From the IMG/VR virus record IMGVR_UViG_3300028888_000086: a stretch of DNA of 34,059 bases, one strand, 5' to 3'. The translations under genes and the position numbers were made by a program. Positions 18,500 through 25,533 of this stretch are shown in pieces; position 1 is the first letter of the stretch, and each line of letters begins with the position of its first letter. The notes under the pieces are model-generated. The model was not told the origin of the DNA, did not search any database, and worked only from the letters and a program-made list of their open reading frames with translations. Origin of the DNA: a virus. Lineage: Duplodnaviria > Heunggongvirae > Uroviricota > Caudoviricetes.

Positions 18500-18520
18500 C
18501 TATATATAAGGCTTTTAAGG
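18500..18520 (-). promoter_or_regulatory. phage promoter motif copy
   Basis: CCTTAAAAGCCTTATATATAG. Confidence 0.65.
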
Positions 18521-18532
18521 TTTTTGAGACGG

Positions 18533-18567
18533 AAAAAAAGGAGTTTCACCATCACGGCTATACTCCT
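18533..18567 (-). terminator. intrinsic terminator
   Basis: AGGAGT/ACTCCT stem plus T7 on the minus strand. Confidence 0.65.
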
Positions 18568-18604
18568 AAACAATCCTTTAAAATACAAATTATGAACAGA
18601 ATTT

Positions 18605-18624
18605 CTATATATAAGGCTTTGAGG
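18605..18624 (-). promoter_or_regulatory. phage promoter motif copy
   Basis: CCTCAAAGCCTTATATATAG, back-to-back with the plus-strand copy at 18642-18662. Confidence 0.6.
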
Positions 18625-18641
18625 GGCTCTAAATTACATAC

Positions 18642-18662
18642 CATTGAAATTCTTATAATAGA
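18642..18662 (+). promoter_or_regulatory. phage promoter motif copy directly before the rlaP-like start
   Basis: CATTGAAATTCTTATAATAGA, then ATG 18664. Confidence 0.55.
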
Positions 18663-18663
18663 G

Positions 18664-19887
18664 ATGAATAATTTAACATTTGAAGAGATTAGAAAAAATA
18701 ATAATTTATTATTTGAAAGTATACGGGGATCTCATTTATTCGGATTAGACACAGAGACATCAGACGTAGATACATTTGGAATTTTCTGTTGTGAGCCAGA
18801 TTTATTATTAGGAACAGGTAATAATTATGTATCTATGGTTCAATCCGAAAAGAATGATGATTACTGGGATGAAATAGGTAAGTTTGTAAAAGAGCTATGT
18901 AAATCTAATCCAAATGCGTTAGAGGCTTTATTTACACCAGAAAAATATATTAAGTATTTCAATCCAGTATTACAACCTCTTTGGGATATAAGAGATCAAT
19001 TAATTACTAAGGATTGTTTTAGGTCTTTTTCTGGATATGCTGTGATGCAAATAAAGAAAGCAAAGGGATTAGGTAAAGCGATTAATATAGATCCAGACTC
19101 AGTCAAAAGAAGAAAAAATCCATTAGAATTTTGTTGGGTGGCACAGAAGGATGGAGATGGAGATATAAGATTAGATAAATGGTTAAGAAAATGTGGATTA
19201 AAACAAGAACATTGTGGCATAGTTCATCTTACTAATAGTCTTGAAATGTATAACCTTTATTATGATTGGTTTGCTGATAAAGACTTGAGTGTAGAAAGTT
19301 ATGCAAAAATGAGATACGGAGAAATTAATAATCCAGCTAAATATGAAAAAGAATTAATTGAAGGTAAAAAAACTGAATTTATAGGATATAGAGGCTTACT
19401 TGATCCATCAGACCTAGAAACTAGTCAATTAAGGTGTTCTAGTATTAGTAAAGAAGATGCAGAAAGTCCTTTATGTACATTTCAATATAATTATTTAGCA
19501 TTTTCTCAACATTGTGCTGATTATAAAAGATATTGGGATTGGGTTAAAAATAGAAATCCAGAACGTTTTGAATTGAATAAAGGTTATAACTATGATGGAA
19601 AAAATTGTTGTGCCTGTATTCGATTAATGACTATGGCTCGTGAAATGGCTGAAGGTAAAGGTATGCTATTAGATCGTTCAGATATAGATAGAGACTTTTT
19701 ATTAGATATTAAGACACATAAGCTAACATTTGACGAGATTATGAAACAAATGGAATCTATACAAGCTAATATGGAAGTAGCATTTCAAAAATCAACTTTA
19801 CCAGAAAAACCAGATGCTGAACTTCTAGAAAAAATATTAGTTAGTATTAGAAAATCTCACTACGGCCTAAAAATAGATGAGGGCTGA
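18664..19887 (+). CDS. DNA polymerase beta-superfamily nucleotidyltransferase, RlaP-type
   Basis: IRGSHLFGLDTETSDVDTFGIF (GS..DxD), KSNPNALEALF and the C-terminal helical region LPEKPD. ATG 18664 is preferred because the longer start overlaps promoter motifs. Confidence 0.85.
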   Translation: MNNLTFEEIRKNNNLLFESIRGSHLFGLDTETSDVDTFGIFCCEPDLLLGTGNNYVSMVQSEKNDDYWDEIGKFVKELCKSNPNALEALFTPEKYIKYFNPVLQPLWDIRDQLITKDCFRSFSGYAVMQIKKAKGLGKAINIDPDSVKRRKNPLEFCWVAQKDGDGDIRLDKWLRKCGLKQEHCGIVHLTNSLEMYNLYYDWFADKDLSVESYAKMRYGEINNPAKYEKELIEGKKTEFIGYRGLLDPSDLETSQLRCSSISKEDAESPLCTFQYNYLAFSQHCADYKRYWDWVKNRNPERFELNKGYNYDGKNCCACIRLMTMAREMAEGKGMLLDRSDIDRDFLLDIKTHKLTFDEIMKQMESIQANMEVAFQKSTLPEKPDAELLEKILVSIRKSHYGLKIDEG

Positions 19888-19902
19888 ATTCCTTATAAGT
19901 AG
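19883..19902 (+). promoter_or_regulatory. phage promoter motif copy
   Basis: GCTGAATTCCTTATAAGTAG. Confidence 0.5.
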
Positions 19903-19907
19903 AAAAA

Positions 19908-19970
19908 TTTACAATTCACAATTTACAATTCAAAATTTAAAATTCACAATTTACAATTCAAAATTTAAAA
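19908..19970 (+). repeat. tandem heptamer array TTYAMAA x9 (28-nt higher-order unit x2)
   Basis: TTTACAA TTCACAA TTTACAA TTCAAAA TTTAAAA TTCACAA TTTACAA TTCAAAA TTTAAAA. Confidence 0.9.
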
Positions 19971-19997
19971 TTATGTTTGATTATAATAAAATTAAAT

Positions 19998-20516
19998 ATG
20001 GACTGGAAGATAGTAGCGAAATTAGGTTTAAAAATACTTGCTTCAACAATCGCAGGTGTAATTATTTTTATGGGTGTAGACAAAGCAGTAAGTGGGGAAA
20101 CAGCAGTTAAGAGAAATAATCAACCTCAACCTCAACCAAAACCCAACAATAATGTATTTACAGGTTCTGAAAATAATGAACCTGAAAATATGAGCGTAAA
20201 TGATAATTTGAATAATGTAAATGAAGTTGGTAATAAAAAAAATGCTATAGTGAGTGGTTTAAAAGGAGCAGTTAATTCTTGTGGGAAATTATATTTATTA
20301 ACACAATCATTAACTTCACTTGCTGAAAATATTAGCAGGCTTTTTAATAACAATCAAGAGTATTATACTCAACCGTATAACAATGATCCTTGGTTTAGTG
20401 GTGGATATAATTATGGAACTGGGTATAATAATGGTTGGTCCAGGATTAATCCTTATGTGATAACCGCATCACCGCAAGGGCCAATATTTAATAACGGAAA
20501 TAACTATCCTTTTTAA
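19998..20516 (+). CDS. membrane-anchored low-complexity (N/Q/P/G/Y-rich) protein
   Basis: MDWKIVAKLGLKILASTIAGVIIFMGV hydrophobic N-terminus, QPQPQP linker and a GYNYG-type tail. Confidence 0.7.
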   Translation: MDWKIVAKLGLKILASTIAGVIIFMGVDKAVSGETAVKRNNQPQPQPKPNNNVFTGSENNEPENMSVNDNLNNVNEVGNKKNAIVSGLKGAVNSCGKLYLLTQSLTSLAENISRLFNNNQEYYTQPYNNDPWFSGGYNYGTGYNNGWSRINPYVITASPQGPIFNNGNNYPF

Positions 20517-20704
20517 ATATAAATAATATTGTTAATCATGTTTGTGACGTGATTTAATTAAAAAGAAGATATAAGATAGTTATAAATTATTATAGATCAA
20601 ATAAAATAATTTAGAATTTTGTGTTTGTAATAAAGATAGAATAGAATAATATCTAATCTATCTTAATTTTAAATTTTTCAAAACAATAAAGGGGAATTTA
20701 GAAG

Positions 20705-20724
20705 CCCCGAAATTCTTATACATG
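20705..20724 (+). promoter_or_regulatory. phage promoter motif copy driving the tRNA / DIP1984-like unit
   Basis: CCCCGAAATTCTTATACATG, 14 nt before the tRNA. Confidence 0.65.
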
Positions 20725-20738
20725 TAAATTAATCATAA

Positions 20739-20810
20739 TGCGGGTTGGAGAAGTGGTATCTCGTTTGGCTCATAACCAAAAGATCGGTGGATCGTAACCA
20801 CCACCCGCTA
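20739..20810 (+). tRNA. tRNA-Met(CAT), initiator-like, with atypical T-loop; CCA not encoded
   Basis: Acceptor TGCGGGT/ACCCGCT with discriminator A, D stem GAGA/TCTC, anticodon arm TTTGG-CTCATAA-CCAAA, T stem GGTGG/CCACC with loop ATCGTAA. Confidence 0.85.
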
Positions 20811-20852
20811 CATTTCGAAACACAAAATTCATATATTTTAAATTATTATACA

Positions 20853-20963
20853 ATACAGTTGTATCAGGCTATGTAATATAACTTGATATCGAAATATTAG
20901 ATTATGTAATATAGTTTAATATGGAGGAGCTAGAGGACGAAGTTACCGAATGCTTAGCTGTAT
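20853..20963 (+). promoter_or_regulatory. structured 5' leader with twin hairpins sharing TATGTAATATA
   Basis: Closing stem ATACAGTT/AGCTGTAT; hairpins TATCA/TGATA and ATATTA/TAATAT each carry the same 11-mer (20870-20880, 20903-20913). Confidence 0.5.
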
Positions 20964-21013
20964 GGTGAAGATTGATTATTTTATATTTTCAAAACATTTA
21001 TAAAAGTTTAAAA

Positions 21014-21640
21014 ATGAAGTATACTATCACAAGAGCCTTAGCAGAATTAACAACACTTAAGGACAAACACCAGAAAGAAGTAACAAAGTTAAACTTGATT
21101 GCTGTAAAACAAGGTGCTAAAATTAGAAAACCTAATTCGTCTTATGATGAAAAAAGTTTTATAGATCAAGCTAAACAAACTTATCAAAGTGTATTAGACA
21201 TTGAAAGAAGAATCTTAGAAATTAAAAATAAGATTGATATGTCTAATTTCACTACAAAAATTAAAATTGGTGAAGTTGAAATGACGGTACAAGAGGCACT
21301 TAACATGAAGAGGCTTATAGATCTTAAGACTTCACGCCTCATGTATCTGAAGAATATGAAACAAAGAGCACAAATTGATTTTGATGCTGGTAATGAAGAA
21401 AATCGTAGAAGAATCGAAAAAATGAGTCAGGATCAAATGTCAAATAGCTCAGTAAAAGCTGGTGATGCCGAGAAAGAAATAGTTGAGTCTGTTGAAAAAA
21501 TTTATAAAATGGACTTTATTGATCCCATTGATCTTACCAAGGAAATTGAAAAACTTGAGAATGAGATCTCTGAGTTTAATAATAATATCGACTACGTTCT
21601 TTCTGAGAGTAATTCAACTACTTATATTGAAGTTGAATAA
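21014..21640 (+). CDS. DIP1984/septicolysin-like (DUF6847-like) coiled-coil protein
   Basis: M.TITRAL.EL, KIDMSNFTTKI, MTVQEAL and DPIDLTKEIEKLENEISEF...SESNSTTYIEV parallel the DIP1984 family pattern. ATG 21014 is preferred. Confidence 0.65.
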   Translation: MKYTITRALAELTTLKDKHQKEVTKLNLIAVKQGAKIRKPNSSYDEKSFIDQAKQTYQSVLDIERRILEIKNKIDMSNFTTKIKIGEVEMTVQEALNMKRLIDLKTSRLMYLKNMKQRAQIDFDAGNEENRRRIEKMSQDQMSNSSVKAGDAEKEIVESVEKIYKMDFIDPIDLTKEIEKLENEISEFNNNIDYVLSESNSTTYIEVE

Positions 21641-21975
21641 GACTACGGCGTGGTACTATATATATAGAAATTATTAATCGAAAATGACCAAAAATAACGC
21701 CTTGTCATTAATCAGCAAGTGAAATATTGATTAAGCTTATACCGACAAACTCCATGTTTGTTAATTCCGCAGTTTTATGGAATTTATTAAAATAATGAAT
21801 GTAACCTTAAAGCTGAAAGTTTATAAGCTAAAAGTTCAAATCTCAAAGTTAATGAAAATATTAAAGTTAACAAGATTAGAGATTAAAGATAGAAAAAATC
21901 TACGAGCAAGTTTATCTCTTAGTAATGAGAGTAGGAGTTTTGCAGTTGTATCCTCCGGTTGTTTGTACGTAGCTG
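21640..21975 (+). ncRNA. candidate approx. 330-nt structured RNA with a central AAAGTT-type repeat tract
   Basis: Long-range closure CTACG (21643-47) / CGTAG (21968-72), 5' pseudoknot GGCGT/ACGCC, five local hairpins, and about 10 imperfect 7-nt repeats at 21809-21891. A terminator follows. Confidence 0.5.
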
Positions 21976-21988
21976 ATTAAAAAATTTG

Positions 21989-22025
21989 AAAACCTCCTCT
22001 GGCCTGGCTATGAGGTTTTTTATTT
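21989..22025 (+). terminator. intrinsic terminator
   Basis: AAAACCTC (21989-21996) / GAGGTTTT (22012-22019) plus a T tract. Confidence 0.75.
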
Positions 22026-22049
22026 TCAAGAATTTAAATTAACAGCAAG

Positions 22050-22502
22050 ATGAAAAAATTATTATTATTTGCTTTATTAGTATTATCTTTTAATTTGATA
22101 GCCCAAGATAGAATGGAATTTTTAGGTATATATTTTTCAAACAGTAGTAAAGAATTTCAAAAACAATTAGAAGAAATTGGATTTGAGTATACAGGAGATT
22201 ATTACTACACTGGAGAATTTATGGGTTATATTAGATTAGTTGATTTTATTCCAAGTTGTATAGAAGATGAAATATATAAACTTACACTAACCTGTACTCA
22301 CTTTAATTCAGAAAAAGCTATAGAAGATTATAATAGAATAAAAAATGAGTTAACTTATAAAAATTCATATTGGGATGTAAGCTATTGTTATTGTATTATA
22401 TATTTAAATAGCGGAGAAATAGATTTAATTATAGAAAATAATAAAGTAATAATTGAATTTATAGATAAGATAAGTGAAGAAAGAATTTTAAAACAAAAAT
22501 AA
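22050..22502 (+). CDS. secreted hypothetical protein (Bacteroidota-type signal peptide)
   Basis: MKKLLLFALLVLSFNLIA|QD, then MEFLGIYF..FQKQLEEIGF. Confidence 0.75.
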   Translation: MKKLLLFALLVLSFNLIAQDRMEFLGIYFSNSSKEFQKQLEEIGFEYTGDYYYTGEFMGYIRLVDFIPSCIEDEIYKLTLTCTHFNSEKAIEDYNRIKNELTYKNSYWDVSYCYCIIYLNSGEIDLIIENNKVIIEFIDKISEERILKQK

Positions 22503-22575
22503 AATACGGCCAAATTTAAAATATTATATCGCTTGTAGAAATAAAATTACAAGCGGTTTTATTTTTTTTTATTAT

Positions 22576-22595
22576 GGCCGAAATTCTTATATTTG
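22576..22595 (+). promoter_or_regulatory. phage promoter motif copy containing a perfect Bacteroidota -7 element
   Basis: GGCCGAAATTCTTATATTTG (TA-TA-TTTG). Confidence 0.6.
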
Positions 22596-22618
22596 AACTT
22601 AATATATAAATAAATAGT

Positions 22619-22936
22619 ATGAAAAAAGAGTTTAAATTAGGTAAAAACATAATACCAAACCCAGACACATTAAATGAAGAAGGTTTGAAAAAAATATTAA
22701 AAAAATTCAACATATCAATTACCTTTTTATATGAGGATGGAATTTTAATTGAATATGATGATAATAAATTTGATGCTAAACCTACTCCCGGGGATTTCTC
22801 TTTATATGATACTAAAACTAAATGTAGAGTATTAACAATTTTAGATTATTTTGGATCATTAGATTTTTATGGTGTTGGTGATTATGATGAATTAGAACAC
22901 AAAGATGCTATCTATAGTATAGAAACGCTTTATTAA
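22619..22936 (+). CDS. hypothetical protein
   Basis: 105-aa ORF after a promoter motif. Confidence 0.75.
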   Translation: MKKEFKLGKNIIPNPDTLNEEGLKKILKKFNISITFLYEDGILIEYDDNKFDAKPTPGDFSLYDTKTKCRVLTILDYFGSLDFYGVGDYDELEHKDAIYSIETLY

Positions 22937-22943
22937 AATAATT

Positions 22944-23492
22944 ATGAAAATTATTGATTTAGTTAATATAAAATTTGTATCCTATGGGTTAAGTGAATAT
23001 AATCCAGACTTGTTTAATTCTATAAAAAATACTGAATATAATATAAAACCATCAGGAGGATTGTGGACCAGTCCTAAAAATAGTGATTATGGTTGGATTG
23101 ATTTTTGTAGAGATGAAAATTATTTTAAGTCTGGTGGATTTAGAACTGGTTTTGAATTTCAATTAAAACCAAATTCAAAAGTTTATATTATTGATACATT
23201 TCTTGATTTAATACAAGTCCCTTATAAAATAAAAAATCCATTATACTCTTCAAATATATCTTTTCATCAAAACTTTATTGATTATGAAGAAATGTCTAAA
23301 GAATATGATGCTATTTGGTTAACAGATAATGGAGAGAAGGATACTAGATTACCAGAAATGTATGGACTTTTTGATTTTGATGGAAATACTATTAATCTAT
23401 ATGGTTGGGATTGTGAGTCTTTACTTATATTAAGAAAAGATTGTATAATTAATACAAGAAATTTAAATAAAGAAGAATTACCTATATTCTAA
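22944..23492 (+). CDS. conserved phage hypothetical protein, possibly ADP-ribosyltransferase-like fold
   Basis: KPSGGLWTSP..WIDFC..YDAIWLT..LYGWDCESLLIL; the fold call is speculative. Confidence 0.7.
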   Translation: MKIIDLVNIKFVSYGLSEYNPDLFNSIKNTEYNIKPSGGLWTSPKNSDYGWIDFCRDENYFKSGGFRTGFEFQLKPNSKVYIIDTFLDLIQVPYKIKNPLYSSNISFHQNFIDYEEMSKEYDAIWLTDNGEKDTRLPEMYGLFDFDGNTINLYGWDCESLLILRKDCIINTRNLNKEELPIF

Positions 23493-23494
23493 AT

Positions 23495-23523
23495 AATAGA
23501 AGTGTATTATACTTCTATTTTTC
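23495..23523 (+). terminator. intrinsic terminator
   Basis: AATAGAAGT (23495-23503) / ACTTCTATT (23511-23519) plus a T tract. Confidence 0.7.
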
Positions 23524-23542
23524 TTCAAACCCTTATTTATAG
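23523..23542 (+). promoter_or_regulatory. phage promoter motif copy
   Basis: CTTCAAACCCTTATTTATAG directly after the terminator. Confidence 0.6.
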
Positions 23543-23572
23543 ATAATAGATTTAAAATTAAAATAAAATAAA

Positions 23573-23842
23573 ATGAAAAAGATTAAATTATTTGTAGTAA
23601 TTATTGGTTTAGTAACATTTATTTGTGGATGTAAACAAACAATTTCTAGGAATTATGGAGGAACAACCGAAATAACATTAGAGCCTGGAAAGAAATTAAT
23701 AGAGGTGACATGGAAAAATTCTGACTTATGGTATTTAGTTGAACCTATGGAACCTAACTATGTACCTAAAACTAAAGAATTTATTGAGAGTTCTAATTAT
23801 GGTATACTTGAAGGAAAAGTTATATTTTATGAATCTAAATAA
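23573..23842 (+). CDS. phage lipoprotein
   Basis: Signal peptide II with lipobox FICG|C, followed by RNYGGT..LEPGKKL..VTWK..LWYL. Confidence 0.8.
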   Translation: MKKIKLFVVIIGLVTFICGCKQTISRNYGGTTEITLEPGKKLIEVTWKNSDLWYLVEPMEPNYVPKTKEFIESSNYGILEGKVIFYESK

Positions 23843-23850
23843 AAATAGAT

Positions 23851-24054
23851 ATGAAAAAAGTAGAAATTGGAGATACCGTTTACTTTGAAAATAAAAAAGG
23901 AAAGATAGATAGCTTTATTTGTAATAAGATAACTGAAGATGAATGTGGATTTGTACTTCATAGTAAGGGAAGAAAGCGTATATATTTTGAACAAGCTTTA
24001 GAAGAAACAGATCCAAAAGTAATTGAGTATAAACAAAACAAAAATAAAGAATAA
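23851..24054 (+). CDS. hypothetical protein
   Basis: 67-aa ORF in the operon. Confidence 0.65.
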   Translation: MKKVEIGDTVYFENKKGKIDSFICNKITEDECGFVLHSKGRKRIYFEQALEETDPKVIEYKQNKNKE

Positions 24055-24058
24055 TAAT

Positions 24059-24523
24059 ATGGCTTGGTTATGTGTAGATGAAAATGGACAAGAGATGATT
24101 TTTGATAATAAACCATATAGAGATATAAGCAGTGTTGGTGGTTATTGGAACAGAAGTAAAAAAGCAGATTATTGTAATGTAGATCTTCCAAAAGGTACTA
24201 TTAAAAAACTTATTGGAAAAGAATTAACCTGGGAAGATGAACCTTATAAATTTATTTTACAAGATGAAGATAAAGACTATATTACAACAAAAAAGAAAAA
24301 ATTTAATTGGAAAATTTTATTATTAGCTATTATATGGTCTTTATTATTTATCTGCTTATCTAATGTCGCTATGGATTTAAAAGGAGTGTGGAAACTAATA
24401 GCCATAATTATTATCACAGCTTTGATATCTGTTGTATTTTATTTTGGATATAGAGATTTTGATACTACTTTAGACACATCATATACAGAAGATGAAAAAG
24501 ATTTCTTTAATAAAAAATCATGA
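24059..24523 (+). CDS. membrane protein with two C-terminal TM helices
   Basis: MAWLCVDENGQE..LPKGTIKKLIGKELTWEDEP N-terminal domain, then two hydrophobic helices. ATG 24059 is preferred. Confidence 0.75.
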   Translation: MAWLCVDENGQEMIFDNKPYRDISSVGGYWNRSKKADYCNVDLPKGTIKKLIGKELTWEDEPYKFILQDEDKDYITTKKKKFNWKILLLAIIWSLLFICLSNVAMDLKGVWKLIAIIIITALISVVFYFGYRDFDTTLDTSYTEDEKDFFNKKS

Positions 24524-24744
24524 GTCCTGAAGAAATAAAAATTATGACAAAAAATAAGAAAAATATTTGGCATAAAAATACAGAGGAGCCAGAAGAAGAT
24601 AAACAGGTATTAGTATGTTTTGATAATAAATTCTGTTATGTTTGCTTTTATCATAAAGATGAATACAGATTTTATAAAGAGGGAAAGCCCAGTTTTTCCC
24701 TCCCATCTATTACAAAGTGGATGTATGTAGATAAATTACTGTAA
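24520..24744 (+). CDS. small DUF551-like phage protein
   Basis: WHKNTEEPEEDKQVLV...ITKWMY pattern. Confidence 0.6.
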   Translation: MSPEEIKIMTKNKKNIWHKNTEEPEEDKQVLVCFDNKFCYVCFYHKDEYRFYKEGKPSFSLPSITKWMYVDKLL

Positions 24745-24764
24745 TAAAAAGTTAAGTAGACCTA

Positions 24765-25133
24765 ATGGAACCTAGTGAAATTTTAGAAATACTTAAAGAT
24801 TGTGCTAATTTCGAAATTAGAAAACCAAGATATGGAAATCTTATTGATGGATTTGGTTCAATCCATAGTTGTCCTATATGTAAAGATATGAGTCCAGAGT
24901 TTTACTGTTCTATTCATTATCCAACAATGGCAAAAATTCTAGAATCATTACCTTGGACAAAAAATATTGAGAATCCAAGAAATCCAAAACCTGAAGATTA
25001 TCCTACTGAAGATGGTTTGTATATTACTATGATGGACTGCAATGAACATGAAATCTGTACAAATATATTTAAGGATGGGAATTTTTTATGGATGAATAGA
25101 ACACATATAAAGTGGTGGATGCCTATACCATAA
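24765..25133 (+). CDS. hypothetical protein with DUF551-like C-terminus
   Basis: CPIC motif, YPTEDGLYIT and IKWWMPIP. Confidence 0.7.
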   Translation: MEPSEILEILKDCANFEIRKPRYGNLIDGFGSIHSCPICKDMSPEFYCSIHYPTMAKILESLPWTKNIENPRNPKPEDYPTEDGLYITMMDCNEHEICTNIFKDGNFLWMNRTHIKWWMPIP

Positions 25134-25149
25134 TAAAAAATTAATTTAA

Positions 25150-25464
25150 ATGAAAAAACCAAAAATTAAATGGAAGAATTTTAAGATTTGGATAGTTGAT
25201 CAATTTAAGAGAAAGACATTTTTTAGAAATTTCTTTATAACTAGAAATGCTTGGGGTGCTTTTAGTATAAACTCTCATATAAATCAACACACAGGTAATC
25301 CTAAAGTAACATATAATACTATAAAATCTGCACAAAAGGCTGCTGATTCTATGGGAAAGAAATATAATACGCACTTTAGTTATTATAAGTGTTTGTTTTG
25401 TGATGGATACCATATAGGAAAAAATAGAGATAATAAAACTGAATATGATAAACAAAACGACTAA
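25150..25464 (+). CDS. basic hypothetical protein with putative Zn-binding motif
   Basis: KVTYNTIKSAQKAA..YKCLFCDGYHIG. Confidence 0.75.
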   Translation: MKKPKIKWKNFKIWIVDQFKRKTFFRNFFITRNAWGAFSINSHINQHTGNPKVTYNTIKSAQKAADSMGKKYNTHFSYYKCLFCDGYHIGKNRDNKTEYDKQND

Positions 25465-25486
25465 AATATATTTAATTCCTAAGAAT

Positions 25487-25528
25487 AAAAAGAAATAGAG
25501 GACTTTTACATTCTCTATCTCTTTTTTT
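25487..25528. terminator. bidirectional terminator
   Basis: AAAAGAAATAGAG / CTCTATCTCTTTT flanked by A and T tracts between convergent genes. Confidence 0.7.
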
Positions 25529-25533
25529 AAACT

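Noticed and set aside
18592-18663. N-terminal extension of the nucleotidyltransferase from ATG 18592
   Set aside because: The extension overlaps two promoter motifs and precedes the conserved domain; ATG 18664 is more plausible.
19877-20110. 77-aa ORF MRAEFLISRK...
   Set aside because: Its first half is just the translated heptamer array and promoter; no coding signal.
20811-20850. Theta (tRNA-associated HDV-like) ribozyme directly after the tRNA
   Set aside because: The sequence after the discriminator is CATTTCG... and AT-rich, with no G+1 and no P1/P2/P3 pattern.
20925-20970. Hammerhead ribozyme (GAGGACGAAG resembles the GGACGAAA arm)
   Set aside because: No CUGANGA core and no GAAA.
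21777-21980. 67-aa ORF MEFIKIMNVTLKLKVYKLKVQ... as a protein gene
   Set aside because: The K/L/V periodicity derives from the AAAGTT repeats, and the start is buried in a hairpin. The RNA interpretation is preferred, though translation is not excluded.
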